Origin: an uncultured bacterium | Lineage (GTDB): Bacteria > Acidobacteriota > HRBIN11 > JAKEFK01 | Assembly: GCA_963777505.1 (NCBI GenBank) | Contig: CAVZQN010000008.1 | Span: 256,001 to 320,000 of the forward strand | Direction: 5' to 3' | Length of the DNA stretch: 64,000 bases | Part shown: piece by piece, positions 50,238 through 59,440 of the stretch | Layout: each line of letters begins with the position of its first letter | Position numbering within the stretch: the first letter of the stretch is position 1 | The notes under the pieces: generated by a model | The model's input: the letters and a program-made list of their open reading frames with translations, nothing else | Databases searched by the model: none | What the model was told of the DNA's origin: nothing | Translations under genes and position numbers: made by a program

Positions 50238-52121
50238 ATGACCATGAACATCATAAAGAAAGCGGTAATGGTTCTCGCAATTGTTATAGGGATAGGAACG
50301 ATACAACCTGCATCCGCGGGTCTTTCGTTTTCCGTAGGCACGGATGATTTTTATCTATCCGTTGGAAATTACGATTATTTGCCTTACACCTACAATCACT
50401 CTCCTCAATACGCGCCGCGTGTCAATTTTCACGATGTGATGAGCGATTACGGTGCTTGGGTTAGTGTTTCACCTTTTGGCCGTGCTTGGCGTCCTTACGC
50501 CGATTATGGTTGGAGGCCCTACGTACACGGACATTGGATGAATACGAGATACGGAATGACTTGGCAAGGCTATGAACCCTGGGCATGGGCCGGATATCAC
50601 TATGGTAACTGGATCTGGACTCGCAATTATGCTTGGGTTTGGATTCCTGGTTACGAGTGGCACCCTGGTCGTGTTACCTGGTCGCATGGTTATGACACCA
50701 TTGGATGGTCTCCTCAACCTCCGAATGGATATGACTATTCACGAGGATATTTGAGCCACCGTGGCCAATATAACCAGTACAATTACGACGATCCAGATTT
50801 TTACGATGATCGTTATGATGATGACGATGATTACTATGAGGGCCGATATGACGATCGCTATAACGATAACTATAGTTACGGCGGGCCCTATTACGATTCC
50901 CGTTACAGGGATCTTTACTACAACCCTGCATATTCAAACATCAGCGTAAATCTGTGGGTGTTTGTTAACAATAGCAACTTTGGATATGACAATTATGCCG
51001 ACTACTACCTGGACCGTGATTACACTCACAACGTATTTCAGCGCAGATTGGCGCGAATCTCATCTCGCCCAATCCAAGCTCAACAGGTAGAACGCATCGT
51101 AAAACAAAGATTGCCTGTTGTTGAAGTACAAGAACACGAACTGCAGACCGAAAAGCAGAAAGTAAAAGTGATCGTTCCTGTTGGTCAAGAAGAACGGATC
51201 AGGAAACACGCGAATAGAACAGTACGTGACGTGATCGCTCCTGCATTTGTAAAAAACCAAAAGGTTTTTAAAGGTCAAACAGCTCAGAATGAAAAAGCAG
51301 TTGAGAAGATTTTCCGACAAGAAAATCGACAGCCAAAAATTGAAAAGGTAGATTCGACTGAAATCATTCGAAGAGCAGAGCAATCAAAAAAAGAACACGA
51401 GACCAAACGGGTACAGCTCACGAAGCGGCAAGTGGTAGAAGTCGAGCGGATCGATAAAGCAGCGAAGACTCGTCCGCCGAGAAATGACAAGCAGTTGGAA
51501 AATATCCAACCAAAACAGAAGGTGGAACCCAAGCAAGAACGGAATCAACAGTTCGAGCGTGAACAAAAAGTAGAGCCAAAGAAATCGAATGAGCCTGCTA
51601 AACGGCAGGAGCTCGAGCAACAAAAGCAACAAGAATTAGATCAACAGAAAAAGAGTAAGGAACGCGAAATCCAGCAGCAGAATCAGTTGCAGCAACAAAA
51701 GCAACGACAGCGTGAAATCGAGCAGCAAAGAGATCGCGAGATTCAACAACAAAAACAGCGCGAAATCGAGCAGCAACAAAAGCAGCGCGATACTGAGCAG
51801 CAGAAGAAACGTGATCTTGACAACCAGTTAGAGCAGCAAAGACAGCGCGATATTGAAAAACAACAGCAAGAAGTTGAACAGCAGAAGAACAAACAACGCG
51901 AAATCGAACAGGAAAAACAGCGCCAAGAAGATGAGGCTGCAGAATCGGATGTAAAGCGTTCCGAACGTAATAAGGATGCGGATGCTGAAAAGCAAAAACA
52001 GCAGGAAGAAGAAAAGAAGAAGCAGAATGAAAAGTCTAAAAAAGACAAAAAGAAACAGCAGGATTCTCAAAATCAAAACAGCGATGATGACAAGAGAATC
52101 CGCAGTCACCGCTCCTTCTAA
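50238..52121 (+). CDS. Exported DUF6600-like protein with Y/D-rich linker and Q/E/R/K repeat tail
   Basis: Signal peptide; YGAW..WRPY..GHW..EPWAW..YHYGNW..WVWIPG..W.PG.V.W..IGW.P.PP; QQKQREIEQQ repeats. Confidence 0.8.
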   Translation: MTMNIIKKAVMVLAIVIGIGTIQPASAGLSFSVGTDDFYLSVGNYDYLPYTYNHSPQYAPRVNFHDVMSDYGAWVSVSPFGRAWRPYADYGWRPYVHGHWMNTRYGMTWQGYEPWAWAGYHYGNWIWTRNYAWVWIPGYEWHPGRVTWSHGYDTIGWSPQPPNGYDYSRGYLSHRGQYNQYNYDDPDFYDDRYDDDDDYYEGRYDDRYNDNYSYGGPYYDSRYRDLYYNPAYSNISVNLWVFVNNSNFGYDNYADYYLDRDYTHNVFQRRLARISSRPIQAQQVERIVKQRLPVVEVQEHELQTEKQKVKVIVPVGQEERIRKHANRTVRDVIAPAFVKNQKVFKGQTAQNEKAVEKIFRQENRQPKIEKVDSTEIIRRAEQSKKEHETKRVQLTKRQVVEVERIDKAAKTRPPRNDKQLENIQPKQKVEPKQERNQQFEREQKVEPKKSNEPAKRQELEQQKQQELDQQKKSKEREIQQQNQLQQQKQRQREIEQQRDREIQQQKQREIEQQQKQRDTEQQKKRDLDNQLEQQRQRDIEKQQQEVEQQKNKQREIEQEKQRQEDEAAESDVKRSERNKDADAEKQKQQEEEKKKQNEKSKKDKKKQQDSQNQNSDDDKRIRSHRSF

Positions 52122-52131
52122 TGTAATGTTT

Positions 52132-52163
52132 AAGCCCGGCTTCTAACGAAGCCGGGCTTTTTT
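52132..52163 (+). terminator. Rho-independent terminator between convergent genes
   Basis: AAGCCCGGCTTC-TAAC-GAAGCCGGGCTT followed by T-tract. Confidence 0.85.
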
Positions 52164-52571
52164 CTTTGCCTCTCGCTTTCCTGATACGGCAGCAGATTTC
52201 ATTTTTGTCGAAGATTTGCTTGCATTCCCGCCAATTGAATCTCTTAACTTTTTCGGTAGGCCTTCCAACACAAGCTTGTAAGACCCCTCAAGTAGTTTCT
52301 CGAGTTCAGCTTTGCGAATAGCCTCCAAATTAGTTACTGAAACCCAGTGATGGCGAGCTAGATATGGTGCGGGAATAACACCATTTCTTAACGTGAGCTC
52401 AGAAAACTCTTCCGGCGTGCATTTAAAGGCAACGTTGTCCGGTTCTGGTTCTAAGCCCACAACAGCAAACATTTTTCCCCCAACACGGAACAAGAGATCC
52501 TTTTCCCATTGAATGTCTTCTGTTGCGCCAGAAAACGAAAGACATACCTTGCGAATGGACTCAAAATTCAT
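52143..52571 (-). CDS. MmcQ/YjbR family DNA-binding protein
   Basis: FRVGGKMFA, FKC, PAPYLARHHWV, SYKLV; likely start ATG 52571. Confidence 0.9.
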   Translation of the reverse strand: MNFESIRKVCLSFSGATEDIQWEKDLLFRVGGKMFAVVGLEPEPDNVAFKCTPEEFSELTLRNGVIPAPYLARHHWVSVTNLEAIRKAELEKLLEGSYKLVLEGLPKKLRDSIGGNASKSSTKMKSAAVSGKREAKKKARLR

Positions 52572-52804
52572 AATTTGACTGTACCGCAGCTCGATTCCAT
52601 ATTCCAGATGCCGGATGATTGAGACCATCAAAGGACGATAAGATCGTTCCTGGGATCCAGTATCCAGTATCTAGCATCCAGTTCCGGCGTTGTGGTATGC
52701 TGATGCTTCCTAAAATGCGCCTCATTCGAGGAGCGATTTATTTACCTGCTGGAACGCCTTAAGGAGCATTGTGCCTCACCAACGGTGCACATTCTGAAGG
52801 GTTC

Positions 52805-53287
52805 ATGTTTTCAAAATCAGTCGAAAAAGAATTTCAGGAATTGCTAAATCGGTATCCCTCGAAACGGAGCGCCCTCATCCCCGCCCTTCATATTGTTCAA
52901 AGGGAGCTCGGATATTTGACCAGCGAGGGACTTGAATACGTTGCAAATTTGATTGGGTTAACTCCTGCTCAGGTTACTGAAGTTGCAACATTCTATTTGA
53001 TGTTCTTTACAAAACCTGTCGGAAAGAATGTGCTATGGGTATGTCATAACCTTTCTTGTGATCTCCGCGGTGCTGAAGAGATTATCGAACACATTCAGAA
53101 TCGATTAAAAATCAATGTCGGCGATACGACAACGGATGGCAAATTCACTCTCTTACGCCAGGAGTGTCTTGCTTCGTGTGATACAGCACCCGTAATGCAG
53201 GTCAATGATGATTATGAAGAAAATCTTACTCCTGAAAAAGTTGAAAAGATCTTAACGAAACTTCAAAACAAACCCGAAGACAAATGA
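52805..53287 (+). CDS. nuoE: NADH-quinone oxidoreductase subunit E (2Fe-2S)
   Basis: RYPSKRSALIPALH, EVATFY, CHNLSC, ECLASC; likely start ATG 52805. Confidence 0.93.
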   Translation: MFSKSVEKEFQELLNRYPSKRSALIPALHIVQRELGYLTSEGLEYVANLIGLTPAQVTEVATFYLMFFTKPVGKNVLWVCHNLSCDLRGAEEIIEHIQNRLKINVGDTTTDGKFTLLRQECLASCDTAPVMQVNDDYEENLTPEKVEKILTKLQNKPEDK

Positions 53288-53775
53288 TTGAAGTAATATT
53301 TTTCACGTTTTTTTCAATGATGGCAGTCGCTGCGGCGTTGAGTGTCATTCTACAAAGGAATCCTGTTTACAGCGCCCTTTCATTAATCATTGTTATTGCG
53401 AGTATGGGCGGTCTTTTTTTGCTTTTAAATGCCGCATTTTTAGCTGTTCTTCAAATCATCATATACGCCGGCGCGATCATGGCTCTATTCCTTTTTGTAA
53501 TTATGATGGTGGAGATACCTGATGATGCAATACCGACAACATTTCATTTGTACGGAAAATTGGCGCTCTTGCTTCTTATTTTAATTGCAGGGGCAACAAT
53601 CTGGTCGATACGCACAATGAACGATCCGTTCCCTGCTTTGACTGCTGATTTTTCTGTGCGCAATTTGTCAATGCTCATTTTTACAACACATCTTTTTCCA
53701 TTTGAGGCAATTGGCATTTTGATCGTATCTGCAGTGGTTGGCGCTCTTTACATCGCAAAGAAGGAGGCAGCTTGA
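53284..53775 (+). CDS. nuoJ: NADH-quinone oxidoreductase subunit J
   Basis: NPVYSALSL, QIIIYAGAIMALFLFVIMM, PFE. Confidence 0.94.
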   Translation: MIEVIFFTFFSMMAVAAALSVILQRNPVYSALSLIIVIASMGGLFLLLNAAFLAVLQIIIYAGAIMALFLFVIMMVEIPDDAIPTTFHLYGKLALLLLILIAGATIWSIRTMNDPFPALTADFSVRNLSMLIFTTHLFPFEAIGILIVSAVVGALYIAKKEAA

Positions 53776-54074
53776 TTCAGCCTTCCTACTACATAATTCT
53801 TAGCCTGCTGCTTTTTTTTATCGGAGTACTTGGTATTTTTCTCCGCAAAAATTTGCTTGTAATGTTCATGTGTATTGAATTGATGTTGAATTCAGTCAAT
53901 CTTGCGCTTGTCGCATTTTCCAGGTTCTATCAAAACCTCGAAGGGCAGCTTCTTGTATTTTTTGTTATTACTGTAGCTGCCGCCGAAGCAACCGTGGGTC
54001 TTGCAATCATTTTATTGGTGCACCGGAACCGTAAAGCCCATGACATTGATCAGTTAACGACCTTGAAGGGGTAA
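53772..54074 (+). CDS. nuoK: NADH-quinone oxidoreductase subunit K
   Basis: MCIELMLNSVNL, VAAAEATVGLA. Confidence 0.96.
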   Translation: MIQPSYYIILSLLLFFIGVLGIFLRKNLLVMFMCIELMLNSVNLALVAFSRFYQNLEGQLLVFFVITVAAAEATVGLAIILLVHRNRKAHDIDQLTTLKG

Positions 54075-54078
54075 ATAA

Positions 54079-55973
54079 ATGGCTCCCACGCTAATGCCAT
54101 GGATCATTCTTTTCCCTGCCATCGGCGTTTTAACAATCGCTTTTCTTGTTCATCGAAAACCGCACATAGCTTCTCTTGTTTCTTGTTCTGCGACTGGAAT
54201 TTCATTTATTTTGTCCGTTGTTTGTGTGTTGCAACTTCTTCAATTAACACCGTCATCGCGTGTGATCGATGTCGATTATTTTAGCTGGATACAAGCTGGC
54301 TCTTTTCATGCAACCTTCGGACTTTACCTGGATCCGCTTTCGTCAGTCATGATCCTTGTAGTTACAGGGGTTGGATTTCTCATTCATGTTTATTCAATCG
54401 GATACATGCATGGAGATCCATACTACAGCCGTTTCTTTGCCTACCTGAACCTATTCATTTTTTCAATGTTAATTCTTGTTCTGGCAAACAACTATTTGCT
54501 TCTATTTGTCGGTTGGGAACTTGTTGGATTGAGTTCCTATTTGCTGATCGGGTTCTGGTTCGAAAAGAAAAGTGCAGCAGATGCAGGAAAAAGGCATTCA
54601 TCGTAAATCGGATTGGTGACTTCGGATTTCTGATTGGCATTTTTACTTTGTTTGCATTGTTCGGCTCCGTCCATTTCGGCGCAATATTTAGCAAAGCGGA
54701 AACGGCGTCTACGGCCATGATAACTTTTGCTTGCTTGTGGTTGTTTTGCGGGGCTGTTGGAAAGTCTGCACAAGTCCCACTTTACGTATGGCTCCCGGAT
54801 GCTATGGAAGGCCCAACACCCGTTTCAGCACTCATTCACGCAGCAACGATGGTTACAGCGGGTGTCTATATGGTAGGACGCTCATTTCCACTTTATTCCC
54901 TTTCCGAAACGGCTCTAACGGTAGTTGCTGTAACAGGCACATTCACCGCAATCTTTGCTGCTTCAATGGCTCTTGCACAATTCGATATCAAACGCGTTCT
55001 TGCATACTCAACGGTTTCTCAGCTTGGATATATGTTCATGGCCCTGGGCGTCGGAGCGTTTACTGCAGGAATTTTTCATTTGATGACTCATGCATTCTTC
55101 AAAGCTTTGCTCTTTTTATGCGCAGGAAGTGTAATGCATGCAGTGAATGGTGAAACTGATTTTCGAAAAATGGGAGGCTTGAAACAACCTCTGAATAAAA
55201 CGTATGTTCGTTTTCTTGTTGGTGGTCTTGCAATTTCCGGAATCATTCCATTTGCCGGTTTTTTCAGCAAGGATGCAATTTTACTGGGTGCATTTGCAGC
55301 ACATCGCTACACAATTTATGCGATCGGTTTAGTGACGGCTGTCTTAACTGCTTACTATACATTCCGTGTGATCTTCCGCGTATTTTTCGTTCCACCAAAA
55401 GATCCACACGCAGTTGAACATGCTCACGAATCCCCTCCCGTCATGCTGCGTCCATTAACGGTGCTGATGATCCTTTCAATTATCGGTGGCTGGGTTGCCA
55501 CACCATGGTATGCGCCATTTAATACTTTTTTGGAACCAGTATTTGGTAAAGCACACCATCCAATCTCACATACTCTTGAATATACCTTGATGGCTGTTGC
55601 TCTCCTGATTGCCATTCTAGGAATTGGAGTCGCTGCAATTTTCCACTACAAAAAGCCTGAACTCGCGGAAGGCCTGGCAGCTGAAAATTCGTTAATCAAA
55701 GGTGTGCATAAAGTGCTTCATAACAAATGGTACGTAGACGAAATCTACAATGCACTCTTTGTTAAACCCATTTATTGGTTCTCCGATCGTGTTCTGTTCA
55801 GAATCGTTGATGTCAACATTATTGACGGCATTGTAAATGATATCGCCGCATTCTTACGCGGTTCCGGCAAAATCTTACGTTCACTGCAGACTGGTGATGC
55901 TCGCGCGTACGCAGTTGCAATTCTCATTGGGACTTTAGGATTGGTCGCCTACTTTATCTGGATGGTGAAATGA
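54079..55973 (+). CDS. nuoL: NADH-quinone oxidoreductase subunit L; 1-nt deletion in the A-run at 54588-54592
   Basis: [16 protein letters not shown] then [10 protein letters not shown] in another frame; [28 protein letters not shown]. Confidence 0.93.
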
Positions 55974-57475
55974 GCGGTTTCCCTTTGTTGACTCTCGTTG
56001 TATTTGTTCCAATGGTCGGTGGGTTATTGATCCTTCTTTGGAAGAAAGCGAGCGATGAAACAATTCGAAACATAGCTCTCAGCGTTTCATTACTCAATTT
56101 TGTTTTCTCTCTTCCATTGTTCGTTTTTTTCAACACCGCTTTAACCGAACCTCAGTTCGTTGAAAAACTCCCATGGATTCCGTCTCTTGGTGTTGAATAT
56201 TTTATCGGTATCGATGGGTTGAGTATTTTGCTTGTCCTGCTTACAACGTTTCTCACACCACTGTGTGTTCTGATCTCTTGGAATGAAATTCAGAAAAAGG
56301 CTAGACAGTTTTTTGCTTTGCTTCTTTTGCTTGAAACTGGAGTTATCGGCGTATTTGTTTCGCTCGATCTATTCTTGTTTTATCTGTTCTGGGAAGTGAT
56401 GTTAATCCCGATGTATTTCTTAATTGGGATTTGGGGCGGCCCCAATCGAATTTATGCAGCAGTAAAATTCTTTTTATATACGATTGCAGGCAGCCTTCTG
56501 ATGCTCGTTGCAATTCTTTTTGTATTCAATACACATCAGAGCACCACAGGGATTACAACATTCAATCTGTTTGATTTGTATCAGACGCAATTTCCGCCCA
56601 ATCAAAAGTTCTTACTATTCCTGGCATTTTTTGTGGCGTTTGCAATTAAAGTACCCGTTTTCCCATTCCACACATGGCTTCCTGATGCACATACCGAAGC
56701 TCCAACCGCAGGTTCTGTAATGCTTGCAGGTGTGCTGTTGAAGATGGGCACTTATGCGATGCTGCGAATCGCCATCCCTCTATTTCCTGATACTGCACAG
56801 CAGGCAGCACCCGTCATAATTATTCTCGCATTGATCGGAATTGTGTATGGCGCACTCGTAGCAATGGTGCAACCCGATATCAAAAAGCTTGTTGCATATT
56901 CAAGCGTCAGCCATCTTGGTTTTGTGATTCTTGGAATGTTTGTGTTTAACCAGCAGGGATTACACGGCGCTTCGATTCAAATGGTTAATCATGGTCTGAG
57001 CACTGGCGGACTCTTTTTGCTTGTCGGAATGCTTTATGAAAGAAGACATACGCGGATGATTACAGAATTCGGCGGCATCGCAAAACAAATGCCGATTTAT
57101 TTTTTTATGTTTTTGATTGTTCTTCTTTCTTCAATAGGATTGCCATTGTTAAACGGCTTTGTTGGAGAGTATCTTGTGCTGCTCGGTGCATATCAAGCTA
57201 ATCTCTGGTTCGCAATTATTGGAACGAGCGGCATAATCTGGGGTGCTGTATACATGTTGTGGATGTTTCAGCGCGTTATGTTTGGGCCGTTGGATAAGCA
57301 AGAAAACAAAGAGTTAAAAGATCTCGATAAAAGAGAAATCGCAATCCTGGTTCCGATTATCCTTGCAATGTTCTGGATCGGAATTTACTCCAATCCGTTT
57401 TTGCGAAGAATGGATACAGCCATCAATCAAACACTTGAGCGAGTTCACCAGTCTCAAGCAGCAGGAACAAAGTAA
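55970..57475 (+). CDS. nuoM: NADH-quinone oxidoreductase subunit M
   Basis: FWEVMLIPMY, HTWLPDAHTEAP, AYSSVSH, NGFVGE. Confidence 0.96.
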   Translation: MSGFPLLTLVVFVPMVGGLLILLWKKASDETIRNIALSVSLLNFVFSLPLFVFFNTALTEPQFVEKLPWIPSLGVEYFIGIDGLSILLVLLTTFLTPLCVLISWNEIQKKARQFFALLLLLETGVIGVFVSLDLFLFYLFWEVMLIPMYFLIGIWGGPNRIYAAVKFFLYTIAGSLLMLVAILFVFNTHQSTTGITTFNLFDLYQTQFPPNQKFLLFLAFFVAFAIKVPVFPFHTWLPDAHTEAPTAGSVMLAGVLLKMGTYAMLRIAIPLFPDTAQQAAPVIIILALIGIVYGALVAMVQPDIKKLVAYSSVSHLGFVILGMFVFNQQGLHGASIQMVNHGLSTGGLFLLVGMLYERRHTRMITEFGGIAKQMPIYFFMFLIVLLSSIGLPLLNGFVGEYLVLLGAYQANLWFAIIGTSGIIWGAVYMLWMFQRVMFGPLDKQENKELKDLDKREIAILVPIILAMFWIGIYSNPFLRRMDTAINQTLERVHQSQAAGTK

Positions 57476-58896
57476 TGGACATCCTTTTAGCGCTGCTCCT
57501 TCCGATTGTCTTAGCAGCCGGAATGCTGCTGATTATTATCGTTGACGCTTTTTCTGGAAAGCCGAAGACAATTTGCCATGCGCTTTCGATCGCTACACTT
57601 ATTGCAGGAATGATCGCTTGCATATTTCATTGGCAGGCGAAAACTCAAACGTTCGCTGGAATGATCATCTTTGATTCCTTCAGCCTTACTGCATCATTCA
57701 TCTTTTGTCTTGCTGCACTGATCACGACCCTTCTTGTACAGGGAACAGAGTATGAATCGCCTCAATTCCATTCCCTGCTGATCCTGACACTTATTGGAAT
57801 GGTCTTTTTGGCTGCCGGTTCCCATTTCGTTGTGATTTTTATCGGGCTAGAAATTCTGTCACTTTCAGTTTACGTCCTTGCTGCATTCGCAAAAAAAGAC
57901 CCTCTTTCTTCTGAAAGTGGTTTGAAATATTTTTTACTTGGCTCCTTTGCTTCTGCATTCTTTTTATATGGAGTGGCATTTGTCTATGGAGCGTCAGGTT
58001 CTCTTCAGCTAAACGGTATCGCGAAAGCGTTGTCCGCAACAGGGTTTGATAATCATGCGCTTCTTTACCTTGGATTAATTTTTCTCATCGTAGGTTACGC
58101 ATTCAAAATTTCAGTTGCACCATTTCATATGTGGACGCCTGATGTTTATGAAGGTGCGCCAACGCCTGTAACCGCATTCATGGCTTCGACTGTCAAGGCT
58201 GCTGCGCTTGCGAGTCTTCTTCGTGTTTTTCAGATCGCTTTTCCATCAGCCGGAAATTTTTGGCAGCCTTTAATTTGGGTTTTGGCTGCAGCAACGATGT
58301 TTCTCGGAAATCTTTCTGCGTTATCGCAAAACAATTTGAAACGACTGCTTGCTTATTCCAGTATTGCGCATGCTGGTTACATGTTAGCGGGCTTGCTTGC
58401 AGCACCTCTACAAGCGCAACAAACACTTCTGTATTACTTTGCTACGTATGCCTTTATGAACCTGGGAGCCTTTGCTGTCGTTGCATGGCTCGAAAGAACC
58501 GCTGGCATTCATGAAATCTCACAATATCAGAGCATGGCTTATACGCGTCCATATCTGGCAATTTTGATGACCCTCTTCCTTGTATCTTTGGGCGGACTTC
58601 CACCAACCGCAGGCTTCTTCGGAAAATTTTATCTTTTCCGCGCCATCCTTGAACAAAATCATGTCTGGATTGTAGTTCTGGCCGTAATTAATAGTGCGAT
58701 CTCCTTCTATTACTATTTGCGCGTAGTAATCTCAATGTTCACACCTGAGAAGGAAACGATAGCCGCACCATCACCGCGTGTATCGCTGCCAGTATTTCTT
58801 GTTCTCGTTCTTACAGTAATTGGAAGTCTGTGGCTTGGTTTATTCCCTGAAGTCTTTCTTAATCTAGCACGTGCTATTTCAATGGCAGCTTCATAA
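57475..58896 (+). CDS. nuoN: NADH-quinone oxidoreductase subunit N
   Basis: ESGLKYFLLG, PFHMWTPDVYEGAP, KRLLAYSSIAHAGY, GFFGKF. Confidence 0.96.
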   Translation: MDILLALLLPIVLAAGMLLIIIVDAFSGKPKTICHALSIATLIAGMIACIFHWQAKTQTFAGMIIFDSFSLTASFIFCLAALITTLLVQGTEYESPQFHSLLILTLIGMVFLAAGSHFVVIFIGLEILSLSVYVLAAFAKKDPLSSESGLKYFLLGSFASAFFLYGVAFVYGASGSLQLNGIAKALSATGFDNHALLYLGLIFLIVGYAFKISVAPFHMWTPDVYEGAPTPVTAFMASTVKAAALASLLRVFQIAFPSAGNFWQPLIWVLAAATMFLGNLSALSQNNLKRLLAYSSIAHAGYMLAGLLAAPLQAQQTLLYYFATYAFMNLGAFAVVAWLERTAGIHEISQYQSMAYTRPYLAILMTLFLVSLGGLPPTAGFFGKFYLFRAILEQNHVWIVVLAVINSAISFYYYLRVVISMFTPEKETIAAPSPRVSLPVFLVLVLTVIGSLWLGLFPEVFLNLARAISMAAS

Positions 58897-58901
58897 TTTT
58901 C

Positions 58902-59396
58902 ATGAAGCCAATTTCTGAAGTTCCGCGAACAATACCGCTCGGCATTAAACTCATCATTACATTTTTTTATGTAGGTCACATTCCTTTTGCTCCCGGAACG
59001 TTTGCATCGCTTGCAGCCTTCATTCTTTATTTTCCTTTGCTTGCACTCAATCATTGGATCATTTACCTGGCGGCAATCATTCTGGTTACGCTTGCGGGAG
59101 TGTGGGCTTCCGGAAGAGCTGAAAAAATCAGCGGCATAACAGATCCGTCTTTTGTGGTAATCGATGAAGTTGCTGGACAATTGATCACTCTCTTTCTGCT
59201 TCCATTTTCATGGAAGATTCTTATTGCAGGTTTTATTTTGTTTCGAGTCTTTGACGTAATCAAACCATTTCCAGCCCGCCGCGCAGAGCAACTTCATGGC
59301 GGATGGGGTATCATGATGGATGATGTTCTCGCAGGATTGTACGGAAACATTTTGCTCCAACTGACACATTATTTTTGGCCTAACTTCCTGAGTTAA
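58902..59396 (+). CDS. pgpA: Phosphatidylglycerophosphatase A
   Basis: APGTFAS, DPSFVVIDEVAG, FRVFDVIKP, GIMMDD. Confidence 0.95.
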   Translation: MKPISEVPRTIPLGIKLIITFFYVGHIPFAPGTFASLAAFILYFPLLALNHWIIYLAAIILVTLAGVWASGRAEKISGITDPSFVVIDEVAGQLITLFLLPFSWKILIAGFILFRVFDVIKPFPARRAEQLHGGWGIMMDDVLAGLYGNILLQLTHYFWPNFLS

Positions 59397-59440
59397 GTAT
59401 TATTCCTCATAGCGCCTTTTGAGTTTAGAGTTTTTCGCCC

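Noticed and set aside
51600-52080. Tandem DNA repeats and antisense ORFs (51743-52048, 51828-52109)
   Set aside because: Shadows of the Q/E/R/K-rich coding tail on the plus strand
54079-55973. nuoL as a true pseudogene or naturally split gene
   Set aside because: A single missing A in a homopolymer restores the conserved [12 protein letters not shown]; the downstream ORF has no plausible independent start
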